Source of the DNA: Leucoraja ocellata
Lineage: Eukaryota
DNA length: 64,000 nt
Assembly (NCBI GenBank): GCA_036785375.1
Contig: JAWMAR010000263.1
Location: forward strand, 992,001-1,056,000
Reading direction: 5' to 3'
Shown here: one piece after another, positions 62,368-64,000 of the stretch
Position numbering within the stretch: position 1 is the stretch's first letter
Layout of the letters: each line of letters opens with the position of its first letter
The notes under the pieces: generated by a model
The model's database searches: none
What the model was told of the DNA's origin: nothing
Seen by the model: only the letters and a program-made list of their open reading frames with translations
Translations under genes and position numbers: made by a program

Positions 62368-62950
62368 AACATAGAAACATAGAAAATAGGTGCAGGAGTA
62401 GGCCATTCGGCCCTTCGAGTCTGCACTGCCATTTAATATGATCATGGCTGATCATCCAACTCCGTATCCCATCCCTGCCTTCTCTCCATACCCCCTGATC
62501 CCTTTAGCCACAAGGGCCACATCTAACTCCCTCTTAAATATAGCCAATGAACTGGCCTCAACTACCTTCTGTGGCAGAGAATTCCACAGATTCACCACTC
62601 TCTGTGTGAAAAATGATTTCCTTATCTCGGTCCTAAAAGTCTTCCCCCTTATCCTTAAACTGTGACCCCTGGTTCTGGACTTCCCCAAAATCGGGAATGA
62701 TCTTCCTGCATCTAGCCTGTCCAACCCCTTAAGAATTTTGTAAGTTTCTATAAGAGCCCCCCTCAGTCTTCTGAATTCCAACGTGTACAAGCCGAGTCTA
62801 TCCAGTCTTTCCTTATATGAAAGTCCTGCCATCCCAGGAATCAGTCTGGTGAACCTTTTCTGTACTCCCTCTATGGCAAGAATGTCTTTCAATAGATTAG
62901 GAGACCAAAACTGTACGCAATATTCCAGGTACTGTACGCAATACTCCAGA
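62368..62950 (-). mobile_element. CR1 3' fragment
   Basis: ORF LEYCVQFWSP...GYGEKAG; small internal duplication LEYCVQY. Confidence 0.92.
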
Positions 62951-63387
62951 TCCTGTAACACCACTCAAAGAGGCCGGGATTAATATATTGTACTACACAA
63001 TATCGATTCCTTATTTCTAAAGAGATATGCTGCCAAAAGACCTTGTTGGTCATACGATCGTGCTGTGAGCAAATCATCTACTGAACTTTCTGCATTGTAA
63101 CAATGTCTGCAGTTTAAAAGAACTTGATTACCTAAAAATAGACTATCTGAGGTTCAAAAAGGACCATGGAAGATATTATATTAATGGGATTTTTCCTTAT
63201 TTAAAAAAACCCCCATAATAATCATTTTTGTGTATTGGCCTTAATCCTGTGTTTAATTTTACAATTGAACCACATTGTACCTAACACTTAATTACCCAAT
63301 TTTTATCATCTTTAAATTGTTCATGAAGCCTCAAGAGGCTGTCCCACTGCGGTGACCTAATTGGCGGGTTAGACAATAGGTGCAGGA

Positions 63388-63787
63388 GTCAAGTCAAGTT
63401 TATTCGTCACATACACATACGAGATGTGCAGTGAAATAAAAGCGGCAATGCTCGCGGACTTTGTGCAAAAAACAAACAAACAAACAACCAAACAAACTAC
63501 AAACAGAATGGAACAGAATCACATATTATTTTACATATTACATATTGTGGGAGGAAGGAAAAAGGAAAAAAAAACAGCAATTTAAAAAAAAACAGTAGAA
63601 TGGTACAGTAAAGTTAGTCCCTGGTGAGTTATGAGTTTACAGTCCTAACGGCCTCTGGGAAGAAACTCCTTCTAAACCTTTCCGTTCTCACCGCATGGCA
63701 ACGGAGGCGTTTGCCTGACGGTAGCAGCTGGAACAGTCCGTTGCAGGGGTGGAAGGAGTCTCCCATGATCTTATTGTCTCTGGAGGT
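63388..63787 (-). mobile_element. Rex1/Babar-like 3' fragment, same family as 46267-46982
   Basis: Near-identical 3' UTR and HPCNGLFQLLPSGKRL. Confidence 0.85.
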
Positions 63788-64000
63788 CAGGTCCATTGTT
63801 TTCATTTCCTTCTCTACAGTTCGACGCCAGGTGGTTTTGAGTCTCCCTCTTTTCCTTTTCCCTTCCGGTGTCCAGTGCAGGGCTATTCTTGGGATGCTGT
63901 CTGGTTCTCTTCTTAGTACATGGCCAATCCAGTTCCAGTGCCTTCTCATGATGCCTGGTCTTATGTTTGGCATTTAGAAATTCCACCTTCCTGTCAGTGG
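63788..64000 (-). mobile_element. RTE-clade LINE C-terminal fragment
   Basis: WNWIGHVLRR...ALHWTPEGKRKRGR.KTTWRRTV. Confidence 0.8.

Noticed and set aside
63629-63973. In-frame RTE/Rex1 chimeric ORF as a new element
   Set aside because: Most simply a 5'-truncated Rex-like copy inserted into an RTE relic; the sister copy at 46267-46982 continues with normal Rex sequence
33106-64000. FREM exon 3 (expected to begin like NKL...LNWAW)
   Set aside because: No matching exon found by eye; probably beyond the window, though a short exon could have been missed

Overview
Vertebrate genomic DNA; the repeat content (CR1 LINEs, tRNA/V-domain SINEs, abundant Penelope-derived short repeats) suggests a cartilaginous fish, possibly a skate/ray, which is an inference. 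The window holds the 5' part of one host gene of the FRAS1/FREM family, most likely FREM3. It has a ~5 kb first coding exon (21113-26141) and a 90-bp exon 2 (33016-33105); I could not find exon 3, so intron 2 apparently runs past the window end. The rest is a dense, nested transposon landscape. It includes two DIRS1-type tyrosine-recombinase retrotransposons with intact ITR/ICR termini but decayed ORFs, CR1, Rex1/Babar-like and RTE fragments, a Penelope GIY-YIG fragment, several MITE families with clean TSDs, and a solo LTR. The most interesting signals are: (i) roughly 15 short Penelope-derived elements carrying a minimal hammerhead-ribozyme-like motif; (ii) a conserved ~50-nt GT-AG intron-like unit in the DIRS leaders; (iii) a reconstructable DIRS recombination site inside a CR1; (iv) a 32-bp phased repeat/spacer array in a TIR element; (v) a ~190-bp-arm hairpin in intron 2. 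All calls were made by eye without database searches. Repeat boundaries lacking a TSD are approximate.
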